Shown here in pieces: positions 1-8,263 of a DNA stretch of 33,527 nucleotides. The stretch is from an uncultured Candidatus Saccharibacteria bacterium (GTDB taxonomy: Bacteria; Patescibacteriota; Saccharimonadia; Saccharimonadales; JAGQNJ01). A program made the translations under genes and the position numbers. The notes beneath the pieces were generated by a model. It saw only the letters and a program-made list of their open reading frames with translations. It did not search any database and was not told where the DNA came from. Positions within the stretch are counted from its first letter, which is position 1. Each line of letters begins with the position of its first letter. The DNA lies in contig CAZTWB010000001.1 of NCBI GenBank assembly GCA_964617035.1, positions 1 to 33,527 of the forward strand, read 5' to 3'.

Positions 1-2
1 GG

Positions 3-212
3 AACACCAGAACGTTTGGTAATCCTGGGTCAAGGCTTGAGGTTCAATATGATGGCAATCTGGTTATTTATAACAGATATGGTGGCGCAATTTGGTGGTC
101 GGGGATGAGAGCAAGCTCTAAGCTTCTTTTCATGCAGTCTGACGGAAACCTCGTGCAGTATGATTTATGGTGGAGGCCGTTATGGAATGTCGGCACCAAC
201 GGCAGGTTATAG
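3..212 (+). CDS. 3' end of a gene for a bulb-type (GNA/monocot mannose-binding-like) lectin domain protein; 5' partial at the window edge
   Basis: Frame 3 is open from the window start to TAG at 210-212. It translates to NTRTFGNPGSRLEVQYDGNLVIYNRYGGAIWWSGMRASSKLLFMQSDGNLVQYDLWWRPLWNVGTNGRL. This holds two intact QxDxNxVxY motifs (QYDGNLVIY, QSDGNLVQY), the B-lectin signature. It is absent from the ORF track because it is partial. Confidence 0.6.
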   Translation, partial: NTRTFGNPGSRLEVQYDGNLVIYNRYGGAIWWSGMRASSKLLFMQSDGNLVQYDLWWRPLWNVGTNGRL

Positions 213-216
213 TTTG

Positions 217-1284
217 CTACGGTAAGTGTTTAGCTAACGATGTTTTAAATTCGTCCTGACTGAACTGAGAAGGAAATGGAACCTTCCTGATTGGGTGATA
301 GTTCTCCAAAACTTCCATAAGACTATCAACCGTTTGCTTCACAAAGAAAACACCTGTTTTATCTGGTTTTATATAGTCCAGGGCTCCGCCAGACTGATAG
401 GCGATCACTGGACAACCGGAAGCAATTGCTTCAACTGCTACTATTCCAAAGTCATCAATTCCTGGGAAAATAAAACCTTCGGCTGATTGAAAAGCGTCGA
501 TAAGTTGACTGTCAGATACATTGGTTTTAAAGGTAACTGATGGCCCTGCAAGGTTGCGTAATTTTTGATTTTCTGGACCATCACCTATTACTAACAATGG
601 TTTATTAAGACGTGAACAGGCCTTTACGGCTAAATCAAAACGCTTGTAGGGTGTTTGTCTGCCCGCAATTACAAAACCACTACGCTTATGTTGTTTGTTG
701 GGCTTAAATCTTTCAATATCAACAGGAGGAAAGACTACTAAACTTTCTCGATTGTAGTATTTTTTGATTTGTTTTTGGGTGTATGTAGAGTTGGCGATTA
801 TCACATCTGGACGCTGGCTAGCTTTGTAATCCCATTTTCTTAGTGGAGAAACTAAAATCTTTAACCCTAAACGTGCCAGAGGGTCGAACACTCCAAAACC
901 CGGATGCTTCAAATATTCATCGTATCTGCTCCAATAATAGTGTGTTGGTGCATGTATATAGGCAACATGCTTCGTCTGCTTGTTAGTAATAACACCTTTA
1001 GCTTCGGCTCCACTCGAGGATATGACTAAATCATAATCTGAGAAATCTAACGACTCGAACCACTTAATACGTAGAAAAGGAATAAATTTTCTTAACTTGT
1101 TAAAAGGCCAATTCTGCAAATAACCGGTTATAACTTTGTTGTGAAGTCGTTGGCGCCATTCATCCGTAGCGTAGCTGGTATAGATTGGTGCGTCTGGGTA
1201 CATTTGATGGATTGCTTCAACTACTTTTTCGGCTCCTCCGCCAATAAGCCAGTCGTGAACTATGGCGACTTTTGGTTTGCTCAC
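217..1284 (-). CDS. Glycosyltransferase family 4 (group 1 glycosyltransferase)
   Basis: 355 aa. The N-terminus KVAIVHDWLIGGGAEKV and the C-terminal GFIFPGIDDFGIVAVEAIASGCPVIA (EX7E-like region) are typical of GT4. Its GTG start overlaps the TGA stop of the upstream sugar transferase by 4 nt (GTGA). Confidence 0.85.
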   Translation of the reverse strand: MSKPKVAIVHDWLIGGGAEKVVEAIHQMYPDAPIYTSYATDEWRQRLHNKVITGYLQNWPFNKLRKFIPFLRIKWFESLDFSDYDLVISSSGAEAKGVITNKQTKHVAYIHAPTHYYWSRYDEYLKHPGFGVFDPLARLGLKILVSPLRKWDYKASQRPDVIIANSTYTQKQIKKYYNRESLVVFPPVDIERFKPNKQHKRSGFVIAGRQTPYKRFDLAVKACSRLNKPLLVIGDGPENQKLRNLAGPSVTFKTNVSDSQLIDAFQSAEGFIFPGIDDFGIVAVEAIASGCPVIAYQSGGALDYIKPDKTGVFFVKQTVDSLMEVLENYHPIRKVPFPSQFSQDEFKTSLAKHLP

Positions 1285-2762
1285 TTCGCACCTCGACCGT
1301 TAATAATAATCCGGAATGTTTTTGCTAGAATTATTAAGTCTAACCAGAAATTCCAGTTCTGAACATAATACACGTCCAGTTTGCGACGCTCATCAAAACT
1401 AATATCTTTTCGCCCAGAAACTTGAGCTAAACCGGTAACGCCAGATTTAACGCTCAAAATGTGATGATTATTCTTAGCTTGCTTTATTTCTTCTGGAACT
1501 AATGCTCGTGGACCCACTAAGCTAATATCACCCTTGATAACATTCCAAAGCTGGGGCAGTTCATCAAGACTGGAAACTCGTAAAATATGACCCAGTTTAG
1601 AAATGCGGGGGTCATCTGGTAAATAATCGCCATTTTGCCGATACTGTCTAGCCAGATCTGGTTTGTTAATTTTTGCGAAGGCTTCCTCGGGGCTTATTCC
1701 GCTAAACTTATGTTTCATAGTACGAAATTTATAGATTGTGAAAGTGCGATTATATCTGGTGATTCGTTTTTGTTTAAAAATTGGAGATCCAAAATCGGAT
1801 AAGAACACCAACAGAGCGATAACTAAGTATACCGGAGATAACAAAACCACTAACGGTAGGGCGATCGCCAAATCAAATAATCGTTTGACTATTCTACCCC
1901 ATCCACTCAAGGCAGTTTGACTAACCGCCACAACAGGTATGGATGATCTAAATAATTCGACATCAATATTTCCAACGAAAAGCTCGGTGTTTCCAGGAAT
2001 AAATCGGTACGAAATATGGTTTTGTTGAGCATATTCGAGGACTTCGTTATTTTTGTTCGGGCTATTATATAAGTCGGCCTGTATAATAGCGTGAATATTT
2101 TTTGATGTTAATTGTTTGCAAGCATTTGAAAAGCTGTCGAAGACCTTAACTTTAGTTGGTAAGGTCTCTTTGTAGCCAACGACACCAATAGTTCGATAAC
2201 CTGAATTTTTATCGTTAAATAGATCAAGCAACTCTTTGATTACTGGCGAATCACCAATAAGCAGTAGATTGCTAACACCTATTCCATAACGAAATAACCT
2301 ACTACGAATAAATCTAGCTAGATTACGAAAAATTACTAATAAAGATACTGATAATACAAAGCCATAGGCAGGGACTAATCGTGCCGGAAATATGGTTTCT
2401 TTGCTAACATAGGCAATACTAAGAATGAATAACAGGCCTACGAAGGATCCAATAACAAGACGCCCAAATTCAGAGAATCGCTTTTCATAAATTGAGCTAT
2501 TATATAGGCCAATTAGTGCAAAAATCACGATCCAGAAATATGTAAGAACGATTAGTGTCGCAAAAAATGAACGTGCCGAAACAAATTCTATCAGAGATCT
2601 TTCGTCTATCTTGACTCGTAATATATAGGCAATAACAAAAGAAGATAGAATGGCGAAAAAATCAAGTATTATTAGACAAAAACTGTAAACAAAGGACGCG
2701 TTGTTCTTCATAATCCTAACTGTATAATAACAGCTTAAGGGGTTAATAAGAACCATAAACAT
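1281..2762 (-). CDS. Polyprenyl (undecaprenyl)-phosphate glycosylphosphotransferase, bacterial sugar transferase family (WbaP/WcaJ-like)
   Basis: 493 aa with N-terminal TM helices and a central nucleotide-binding-like domain. The C-terminal catalytic domain contains KRLFDLAIALPLVVLLSPVYLVIALLV...SPIFKQKRITRYNRTFTIYKFRTM...DELPQLWNVIKGDISLVGPRA. The real start is probably the internal ATG at 2711 (MKNNASFVYSF...). Confidence 0.85.
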   Translation of the reverse strand: MFMVLINPLSCYYTVRIMKNNASFVYSFCLIILDFFAILSSFVIAYILRVKIDERSLIEFVSARSFFATLIVLTYFWIVIFALIGLYNSSIYEKRFSEFGRLVIGSFVGLLFILSIAYVSKETIFPARLVPAYGFVLSVSLLVIFRNLARFIRSRLFRYGIGVSNLLLIGDSPVIKELLDLFNDKNSGYRTIGVVGYKETLPTKVKVFDSFSNACKQLTSKNIHAIIQADLYNSPNKNNEVLEYAQQNHISYRFIPGNTELFVGNIDVELFRSSIPVVAVSQTALSGWGRIVKRLFDLAIALPLVVLLSPVYLVIALLVFLSDFGSPIFKQKRITRYNRTFTIYKFRTMKHKFSGISPEEAFAKINKPDLARQYRQNGDYLPDDPRISKLGHILRVSSLDELPQLWNVIKGDISLVGPRALVPEEIKQAKNNHHILSVKSGVTGLAQVSGRKDISFDERRKLDVYYVQNWNFWLDLIILAKTFRIIINGRGAK

Positions 2763-2791
2763 TTCAAAACTGTTATACTATATGTAATCTG

Positions 2792-3286
2792 ATGAAACAA
2801 AAAACTAAGAAAAACAGGCAAAATATTAAACAAATAATTCAGTACTCAATTACTGGGGGAGCTTGGTTTTGGTCTGGTTATGCAATGTTTGCTCTGTGTT
2901 ATTCGTTCCTGGGGCTTGATATTGTTTCGTCAAAGATAATTTCTTACGTTTTTGGACTAGTTGTTAACTTTTTACTTGAACGATTCTGGGTTTTTGAGGA
3001 TAAGAACTCTCGAAAAGATCTTGATAAAGTTACGGTGCGATATGTCTTGCTTTCTATAGTAAATCTAGGGATTGATACTTTTATAGTTTGGGGCTTGAGT
3101 CAAGTTGGTGTTTCTCCGTATATTGGTCAATTTGTATCGGCAGGATTCTTTACGGTTTGGAACTATGTTTGGTATAAACTATGGGTATTCGCACGCAAGA
3201 CAACACCTCATCCACGGCGTGCAGCTTCGCCAACATTAAAGAGACCAAAGATAGTTAAACGAAAAAAATTAAACACTAAGAAATAA
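2792..3286 (+). CDS. GtrA family membrane protein (polyprenol-linked sugar translocation accessory)
   Basis: 164 aa with four predicted TM segments. It shows the GtrA-like pattern (YSITGGAWFWSGYAMF..., NFLLERFWVF, FFTVWNYVWYKLWVF) and a basic C-terminal tail. Confidence 0.75.
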   Translation: MKQKTKKNRQNIKQIIQYSITGGAWFWSGYAMFALCYSFLGLDIVSSKIISYVFGLVVNFLLERFWVFEDKNSRKDLDKVTVRYVLLSIVNLGIDTFIVWGLSQVGVSPYIGQFVSAGFFTVWNYVWYKLWVFARKTTPHPRRAASPTLKRPKIVKRKKLNTKK

Positions 3287-3290
3287 AACT

Positions 3291-3761
3291 ATGGGAAGCA
3301 ATATAAATAAATCAGTAGAAACAACTAGGCCAACTAAAAAACAAAAAGCATTACTGGATTTTATTAGCGAATTTATTACCCAGCATGGTTATAGTCCAAG
3401 CTATCGAGAAATAAAGACCGGCATGAACTATAATTCGGTTGCCACAGTTGCGCTACATATTAATAGTTTAGTAGCAAGAGGGCACTTAATTAAACGTGAT
3501 CACTCAGCTAGATCTTTGGAGCCAGTAAAGGGCGCAGAAGAATCCATAAAAACAAATCGAGTTACAGAAAAAGAAGAAAAGTGGTTGGTTAAAAAAATAG
3601 AATACTATTTCATGACTGCCGAACAAGAACAAGTTCCATCACAAGACCAAATTAATCAACTTTACGTTTTGGTCGGTGCCTTAAAGATCCTTGGTTTTGA
3701 TGGTGCATCACAAAGCTTTATATCCAGATTGAGTAGCTTAAAGAATAAAACCAAAAGGTAA
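3291..3761 (+). CDS. LexA N-terminal winged-helix-like DNA-binding protein lacking the S24 autopeptidase domain
   Basis: Residues ~15-78 (TKKQKALLDFISEFITQHGYSPSYREIKTGMNYNSVATVALHINSLVARGHLIKRDHSARSLEP) follow the LexA DNA-binding domain pattern. The remaining ~75 aa have no Ser/Lys peptidase motifs. The gene lies 4 nt after gtrA and 18 nt before uppP. Confidence 0.55.
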   Translation: MGSNINKSVETTRPTKKQKALLDFISEFITQHGYSPSYREIKTGMNYNSVATVALHINSLVARGHLIKRDHSARSLEPVKGAEESIKTNRVTEKEEKWLVKKIEYYFMTAEQEQVPSQDQINQLYVLVGALKILGFDGASQSFISRLSSLKNKTKR

Positions 3762-3779
3762 TTGAGGTAGTATATTTAT

Positions 3780-4583
3780 ATGGCGATACTGCAGGCAATA
3801 ATACTTGGAATCTTAGAAGGATTTACTGAATTTTTACCAATATCTAGTACAGGACATCTCTTGTTAGCGCAGGACTTGATTGGCTATAAAGATACAGCAG
3901 AAATTTTTGCGGTTGTCGTTCAGATGGGCGCATTGGGTGCGGTGGTTTGGTATTACAAAGATGATCTTGCTAGCAAGACTAAAGATTTACTTAGGGGCAG
4001 TAAACAAGCTAAGCAGTTTTGGATGGTCTGGATTATTGCAACTCTTCCTGCCTGTTTGGGTGGATTACTATTAGTAAAGGCATTTGATTTTAGAGTAAAC
4101 TCGTTGGCTATAGCCCTGGCATTAATTATTGGAGGGGTTATGATTTGGTTAATTGAGAATTACCACAAGGCTAAGCCTTCGAAGATTCAACCCCAGCTTG
4201 ACAAAATAACCACTCGCCAAGCTCTTGGCGTAGGCTTATATCAGGTTTTAGCTTTAGTGCCAGGAGTCTCTCGCTCGGGAGCTACAATTATGGGAGGACT
4301 CCTGTGTGGGTTTGATCGTGTTACGGCAACTGCCTTTTCGTTCTATTTGAGTATTCCAATTTTATTTATTGCAGGAGCTTACAAAATAATAGATGGCTAT
4401 GATGAATTATCAACCATCAGTGGCGGGGGTGTGGCATTATTGGCTGGAGTTGTTGCGTCATTTATTACTTCTTTTGTGGTGATAGGTTGGTTGTTGAAAT
4501 ACGTAGCAAAGCATGATTTCAAGATTTTTGCGTATTATAGAATTATCTTAGGGTTGTTGATACTTATAAGTCTGTTAGTTTAG
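3780..4583 (+). CDS. uppP: Undecaprenyl-diphosphate phosphatase (BacA/UppP)
   Basis: 267 aa polytopic membrane protein with the signature motifs GILEGFTEFLPISSTGHL and PGVSRSGATI. Confidence 0.9.
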   Translation: MAILQAIILGILEGFTEFLPISSTGHLLLAQDLIGYKDTAEIFAVVVQMGALGAVVWYYKDDLASKTKDLLRGSKQAKQFWMVWIIATLPACLGGLLLVKAFDFRVNSLAIALALIIGGVMIWLIENYHKAKPSKIQPQLDKITTRQALGVGLYQVLALVPGVSRSGATIMGGLLCGFDRVTATAFSFYLSIPILFIAGAYKIIDGYDELSTISGGGVALLAGVVASFITSFVVIGWLLKYVAKHDFKIFAYYRIILGLLILISLLV

Positions 4584-4607
4584 AATACTGTATTTGTATC
4601 AACTAGA

Positions 4608-5573
4608 TCACGGTCTTCGATAAGTAAATGATTTATACGCCGACCGACTAGAAAGAACGTCAGCGATTGCTTCCATAGTTTCATGAACATCGTGTTCGTT
4701 TCTCATATGCCTAGGAGTCCCTAGAATTTCAAAAATGAATTCATCGTTTGGCTTATGAATGGCTATTGGCAAAACCTTTGTATTGTCACTCGTTAGGATC
4801 TCAACAGTTCCTCTCGTTACTGGAGCAAGAGTAGACGAGTTTGGGTCTTCAGGAATTACTGATTTATCGACCGTTCCGCTTGGCGCAATTCCAAACAGAT
4901 TGCCGCCTGCTTTTAGTCTGGCTCTAATTCTTTGGCGCAAAGACCAGTTATATGCGGAGACTAATTTCTCTGGAATATTCGTGCCTCTAATAGAATCAGT
5001 TTTTGGAAAGCTAAAGTATTGTTTGTCGCATATTTGAGTAAGAATATCGACTGCCGGGATGCCAGAATATCCCAGATGAGCGATCATTTTACTTAGTATT
5101 ATATTTGTTGAGAATTGATAATCGCGACCACGATCTTGACCTATAGCTTTTATGGCGACATGGCAAGCTCCGAGTGCCTCAGCAATATCTTGAACCTCAC
5201 TGTGGTTAGTTATTACGATGATATTCTGTTTTGACAATAAATCCTCACCCAGAGATGTGACGAGGTTGCGCTCGTGTTCTTCTTGATTGAATACATCTAA
5301 GATTTCTAATGACCTTTCTGGATTCTCGCTATTGACTGCTTTGCCAATAGCAATCATATTGTCAATGTCTGTCGGTGTTCCGTCTATGGATTGAGTGGTT
5401 ATTCTTTGTGCAAGGTGAATGTTGTGGTCAATCGGAAGTGTGGTCAATTTGCCATTAGATCGATCTGCGTGTCGCTGAGCCAATGCGTTTAGTTCATCAG
5501 AAACTGTCTGTTGTTGTTCTCGCCACTGCTCAAGGGGCGCAAACCTGTGATGCTCTCCTTTTTCTAATTCCAT
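4608..5573 (-). CDS. Hypothetical protein, possibly a divergent PlsC/LPLAT-type acyltransferase
   Basis: 321 aa. VITNHSEVQD gives an HX4D block I. LKAGGNLFGIAPSGT resembles block III (FPEGTR context) and VLPIAI resembles block IV. The spacing is atypical and there is a ~115 aa N-terminal extension. Confidence 0.4.
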   Translation of the reverse strand: MELEKGEHHRFAPLEQWREQQQTVSDELNALAQRHADRSNGKLTTLPIDHNIHLAQRITTQSIDGTPTDIDNMIAIGKAVNSENPERSLEILDVFNQEEHERNLVTSLGEDLLSKQNIIVITNHSEVQDIAEALGACHVAIKAIGQDRGRDYQFSTNIILSKMIAHLGYSGIPAVDILTQICDKQYFSFPKTDSIRGTNIPEKLVSAYNWSLRQRIRARLKAGGNLFGIAPSGTVDKSVIPEDPNSSTLAPVTRGTVEILTSDNTKVLPIAIHKPNDEFIFEILGTPRHMRNEHDVHETMEAIADVLSSRSAYKSFTYRRP

Positions 5574-5676
5574 AGCTTTACTATATATCTTTTGACTGCA
5601 TTGTGTGATAAATGAAGTTAATACTACTACATGTAGCGTAGGCGAAGCGTGCTAAACTACTAATACTTAACAACAA

Positions 5677-5776
5677 AGCTGGAAATAGGTGAAATTCCTA
5701 TGCTGTGCCGCAACGGTTAAAGCCCGATACAGTTATTAAATCTCTCGAGCAAGAGTATATTTTTTAATCTCCAGCT
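5677..5776 (+). promoter_or_regulatory. Candidate compact (class II / AdoCbl-variant-like) cobalamin riboswitch in the 5' leader of the 5796 operon
   Basis: The core GGAAATAGGTGAAATTCCTATGCTGTGCCGCAACGGTTAAAGCCCGATACAG resembles the cobalamin riboswitch consensus as I recall it (GGGAA..GGTGnnAAtCC..GCnGnnCCCGCnACnGT.. then a B12-box-like AAGCCCGA.AC). Pairings seen: ATAGG/CCTAT (5685-5701, loop TGAAATT), CCG/CGG (5708-5716), CTGT/ACAG (5703-06/5729-32), CTCT/AGAG (5742-55), and an outer 7-bp helix AGCTGGA/TCCAGCT (5677-83/5770-76). SD AGGGGG and ATG 5796 follow. Confidence 0.5.
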
Positions 5777-5795
5777 CGACAGGCAGGGGGTTAAT

Positions 5796-6935
5796 ATGGA
5801 AACACTTACAGGCGAGACACTTGTAGAGCGACGTTTTGACAGGGGTCATAGGCTTTACGATGATACTACGACATGGTTGGCAGAAGCACTAGATGGCAAT
5901 ATGAGAACCAGTTTCGAGTTTAAGTTTGATGGAAACGAACTTTATGGCCAGGATGGCGGCGCCTTAGGGCCAATTTTTGCAGACTCTTTAGAAAGTGCTA
6001 AAAAATTATCTAATAATTTAAGTTTTGAATTACGTAGACGTAAACATGAAATGGACGAGTATCTAGAGATGATTCAAATGATGAACGGATCTGATTTTAA
6101 TACAATGGTTGTAGTATCTGACTTTCCTGATGAGCTAATGAACGAAACTACAGATGTTGGGGGGTATAATTGTCAGCGAAAACAATCCATGCTTAGGGTT
6201 ATAGCCAAGAAAGAAGATGGGGGGTTGACTATGCAGACTCAATCACTGGACCGTAGCGAAAGACATGCACTGGAATCTATATACCTACAGTTTGGTCATC
6301 AACCATCACCTGGAGAGTTGTTGGGTCAGCGCATCTACCTTAAGCTTGATCATGATGCTCAAAAAAAACTTCTAGATGGCTTAGTTGAAGTTTACGATCA
6401 TTCTCTATATTTACGTTATGGCGGAGAGTGGCAAGCAGGTCGACAAAAATATAAACCTATTAATACCTATGATTTTGTATTACAGCAACAAGATTTGATC
6501 AAGTATTATTCTGAAAGAGCTGACTATTTTGGCGATAATCAAGCTGTGCTTTATGGAGTGGTTGCAACCCTAAAAAGGAGATATGAAGCTATGGGTTTGG
6601 CTGGCGAATCAACCATCACGCCAACTATAGAATTCAACAAGGATAGCGAGTACAACTTAAATTACGAAATAGCTCTTTCAGTGCAACAGTCAATTATGTC
6701 AGGAGAAGATTTTAACGGTTGTGGATTAACTATCAGTATGGGCGACGATACTGCATCTCAACTAGGAGAAGCCGGCTACGGTAATAAAACTGAAACAAAT
6801 CAAACCTACCAGTTCAATAAAAAGATGCACTGTGTAGTCTGTCAGGCACCTCCCAAGGAAGGCGAGTTAAAGAAGATGTGTGGCCCATGTGGAATTTGTC
6901 GCTCGTGTGATTCTAGATTACAGAGTAAAATATAA
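5796..6935 (+). CDS. Hypothetical protein with a C-terminal six-Cys zinc-ribbon-like cluster
   Basis: 379 aa, SD AGGGGG 6 nt upstream of the ATG. I recognise no family. The C-terminus is CVVC-X12-CGPCGICRSC (CX2CX12CX2CX2CX2C). Confidence 0.6.
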   Translation: METLTGETLVERRFDRGHRLYDDTTTWLAEALDGNMRTSFEFKFDGNELYGQDGGALGPIFADSLESAKKLSNNLSFELRRRKHEMDEYLEMIQMMNGSDFNTMVVVSDFPDELMNETTDVGGYNCQRKQSMLRVIAKKEDGGLTMQTQSLDRSERHALESIYLQFGHQPSPGELLGQRIYLKLDHDAQKKLLDGLVEVYDHSLYLRYGGEWQAGRQKYKPINTYDFVLQQQDLIKYYSERADYFGDNQAVLYGVVATLKRRYEAMGLAGESTITPTIEFNKDSEYNLNYEIALSVQQSIMSGEDFNGCGLTISMGDDTASQLGEAGYGNKTETNQTYQFNKKMHCVVCQAPPKEGELKKMCGPCGICRSCDSRLQSKI

Positions 6936-6941
6936 CAAAGT

Positions 6942-7661
6942 ATGAAAAATCTATCACAAAGCAATAAATTGCCAAAAGAATTTAAAGGATTGTTAAGTTT
7001 TCTGCTGTGGTTAATCTTGACAACAGTTTTGCTTCATGTTTTTTGGCAAATTGTGCTCTGGTTTTTACATACCGACAATCGTGTATTAAATGATGTAGTT
7101 AATCGTTTTGGCTCGGATGAGGAGCTTAGCTTTCCTACTTGGGTAAATTCTATGTTGGCACTGATTGCGGGTTGTTTTGCTTGGATTGTTGGTAAACATA
7201 AAGTTAACAAAAGAAATAAAACAACTTGGTACGTAGTTGCCTTGATTGGTGTACTGATATCAATCGATGAGGTCGCATCATTTCATGAGTTGCTTCTACA
7301 AGCTTTACATATTTTGGCGAAATTTGGGGATCGTCAAAATTTTATTGATAATGCATGGTTAATATTACTGCCGTTAATACTAATCGGTGTTATTTATGGA
7401 GTGTATGAACTTCACAAAAATTTACCAAAAAATACATCAAAACGATTAGTAATAGCGTTGTTTGTATATTTGCTTGGCGCTTTAGTGGTTGAGTTCTTGT
7501 CAATTCCATTTGATAAGTCTTTGCTTGTCTACAATTTAGGTATGGTTATACTTGAAGAGACCTTAGAAATGATTGGTGTTTGGCTAGCTCTGCGGGCAGT
7601 TTTGTTACATACAAATGAACACGAACCAGAATTGGGAAAAAAGTTAACAGATATAATTTGA
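6942..7661 (+). CDS. Hypothetical polytopic membrane protein
   Basis: 239 aa with about 6 hydrophobic segments. It starts 6 nt after the previous stop, and its TGA overlaps the start of the next gene. Confidence 0.6.
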   Translation: MKNLSQSNKLPKEFKGLLSFLLWLILTTVLLHVFWQIVLWFLHTDNRVLNDVVNRFGSDEELSFPTWVNSMLALIAGCFAWIVGKHKVNKRNKTTWYVVALIGVLISIDEVASFHELLLQALHILAKFGDRQNFIDNAWLILLPLILIGVIYGVYELHKNLPKNTSKRLVIALFVYLLGALVVEFLSIPFDKSLLVYNLGMVILEETLEMIGVWLALRAVLLHTNEHEPELGKKLTDII

Positions 7662-8263
7662 TGGGAAGCGCTAAAAAGATAGGCATATTCAGCGGTACTT
7701 TTGACCCGTTTCATGAAGGACATCTACAGGCCTGTTTAATGGCAATTCAAAAATGCCAACTAGATAAAGTCGTGGTTTTAATAGAGAAAATACCGTTACA
7801 TAAAACTGGAGTTTCGAGTTATGATCATCGCATGCGCATGATCAAACTGGCGCTCAAAAACCACCAGAACATCGATTTTTTAGATATAAATTCAAACAAC
7901 ATAACCATTGATACAGTATTGCCGATTTTGAGCAAGCAATATGAAGGTAGTGAGTATTGGCTCATAACTGGATCAGATGTTATAAAGAATATTGCAAACT
8001 GGAATAAGGTTGATGAACTGCTTAAAGTTATGGGTTTATGCATAGTTAACAGAAACAACCACAGCCAAAAACAGGACAAGTTACTTATTGATGATTTGCA
8101 GAGAAAATTCGGGATAATTAGATATCGACTAATTCCAGGAATATCGTCCAACGCATCGTCTTCATTAGTACGTAGTCAAATCTATGATTGTTCAGAATCG
8201 AACTTGTTACATCCAAGAGTCTTAGACTATATCAAAACACAACAATTATATAAGACTCAATAG
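7658..8263 (+). CDS. nadD: Nicotinate/nicotinamide-nucleotide adenylyltransferase (NadD-like cytidylyltransferase fold)
   Basis: GIFSGTFDPFHEGHL (GxFxPxHxGH) lies near the N-terminus and SSSLVRSQI (ISSTxxR-like) near the C-terminus. The likely true start is ATG 7661, overlapping the upstream TGA by 1 nt. Confidence 0.75.
   Translation: MMGSAKKIGIFSGTFDPFHEGHLQACLMAIQKCQLDKVVVLIEKIPLHKTGVSSYDHRMRMIKLALKNHQNIDFLDINSNNITIDTVLPILSKQYEGSEYWLITGSDVIKNIANWNKVDELLKVMGLCIVNRNNHSQKQDKLLIDDLQRKFGIIRYRLIPGISSNASSSLVRSQIYDCSESNLLHPRVLDYIKTQQLYKTQ

Noticed and set aside
5677-5776. Guanidine-I (ykkC) riboswitch as an alternative identity, prompted by the AAAGCCCG segment
   Set aside because: The defining CTAGGGTTCCG and GGTCCGAGAG elements are absent. 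The GGTGAAATTCC...GCTGTGCCGCAACGGT string fits the cobalamin core much better.
7659-7661. Alternative genetic code with TGA as a sense codon (code 4/25, as in some CPR lineages)
   Set aside because: TGA is used as a stop with typical overlapping start/stop junctions (TGATG at 7659-63, GTGA at 1281-84). Conserved proteins are full length without reading through any TGA.
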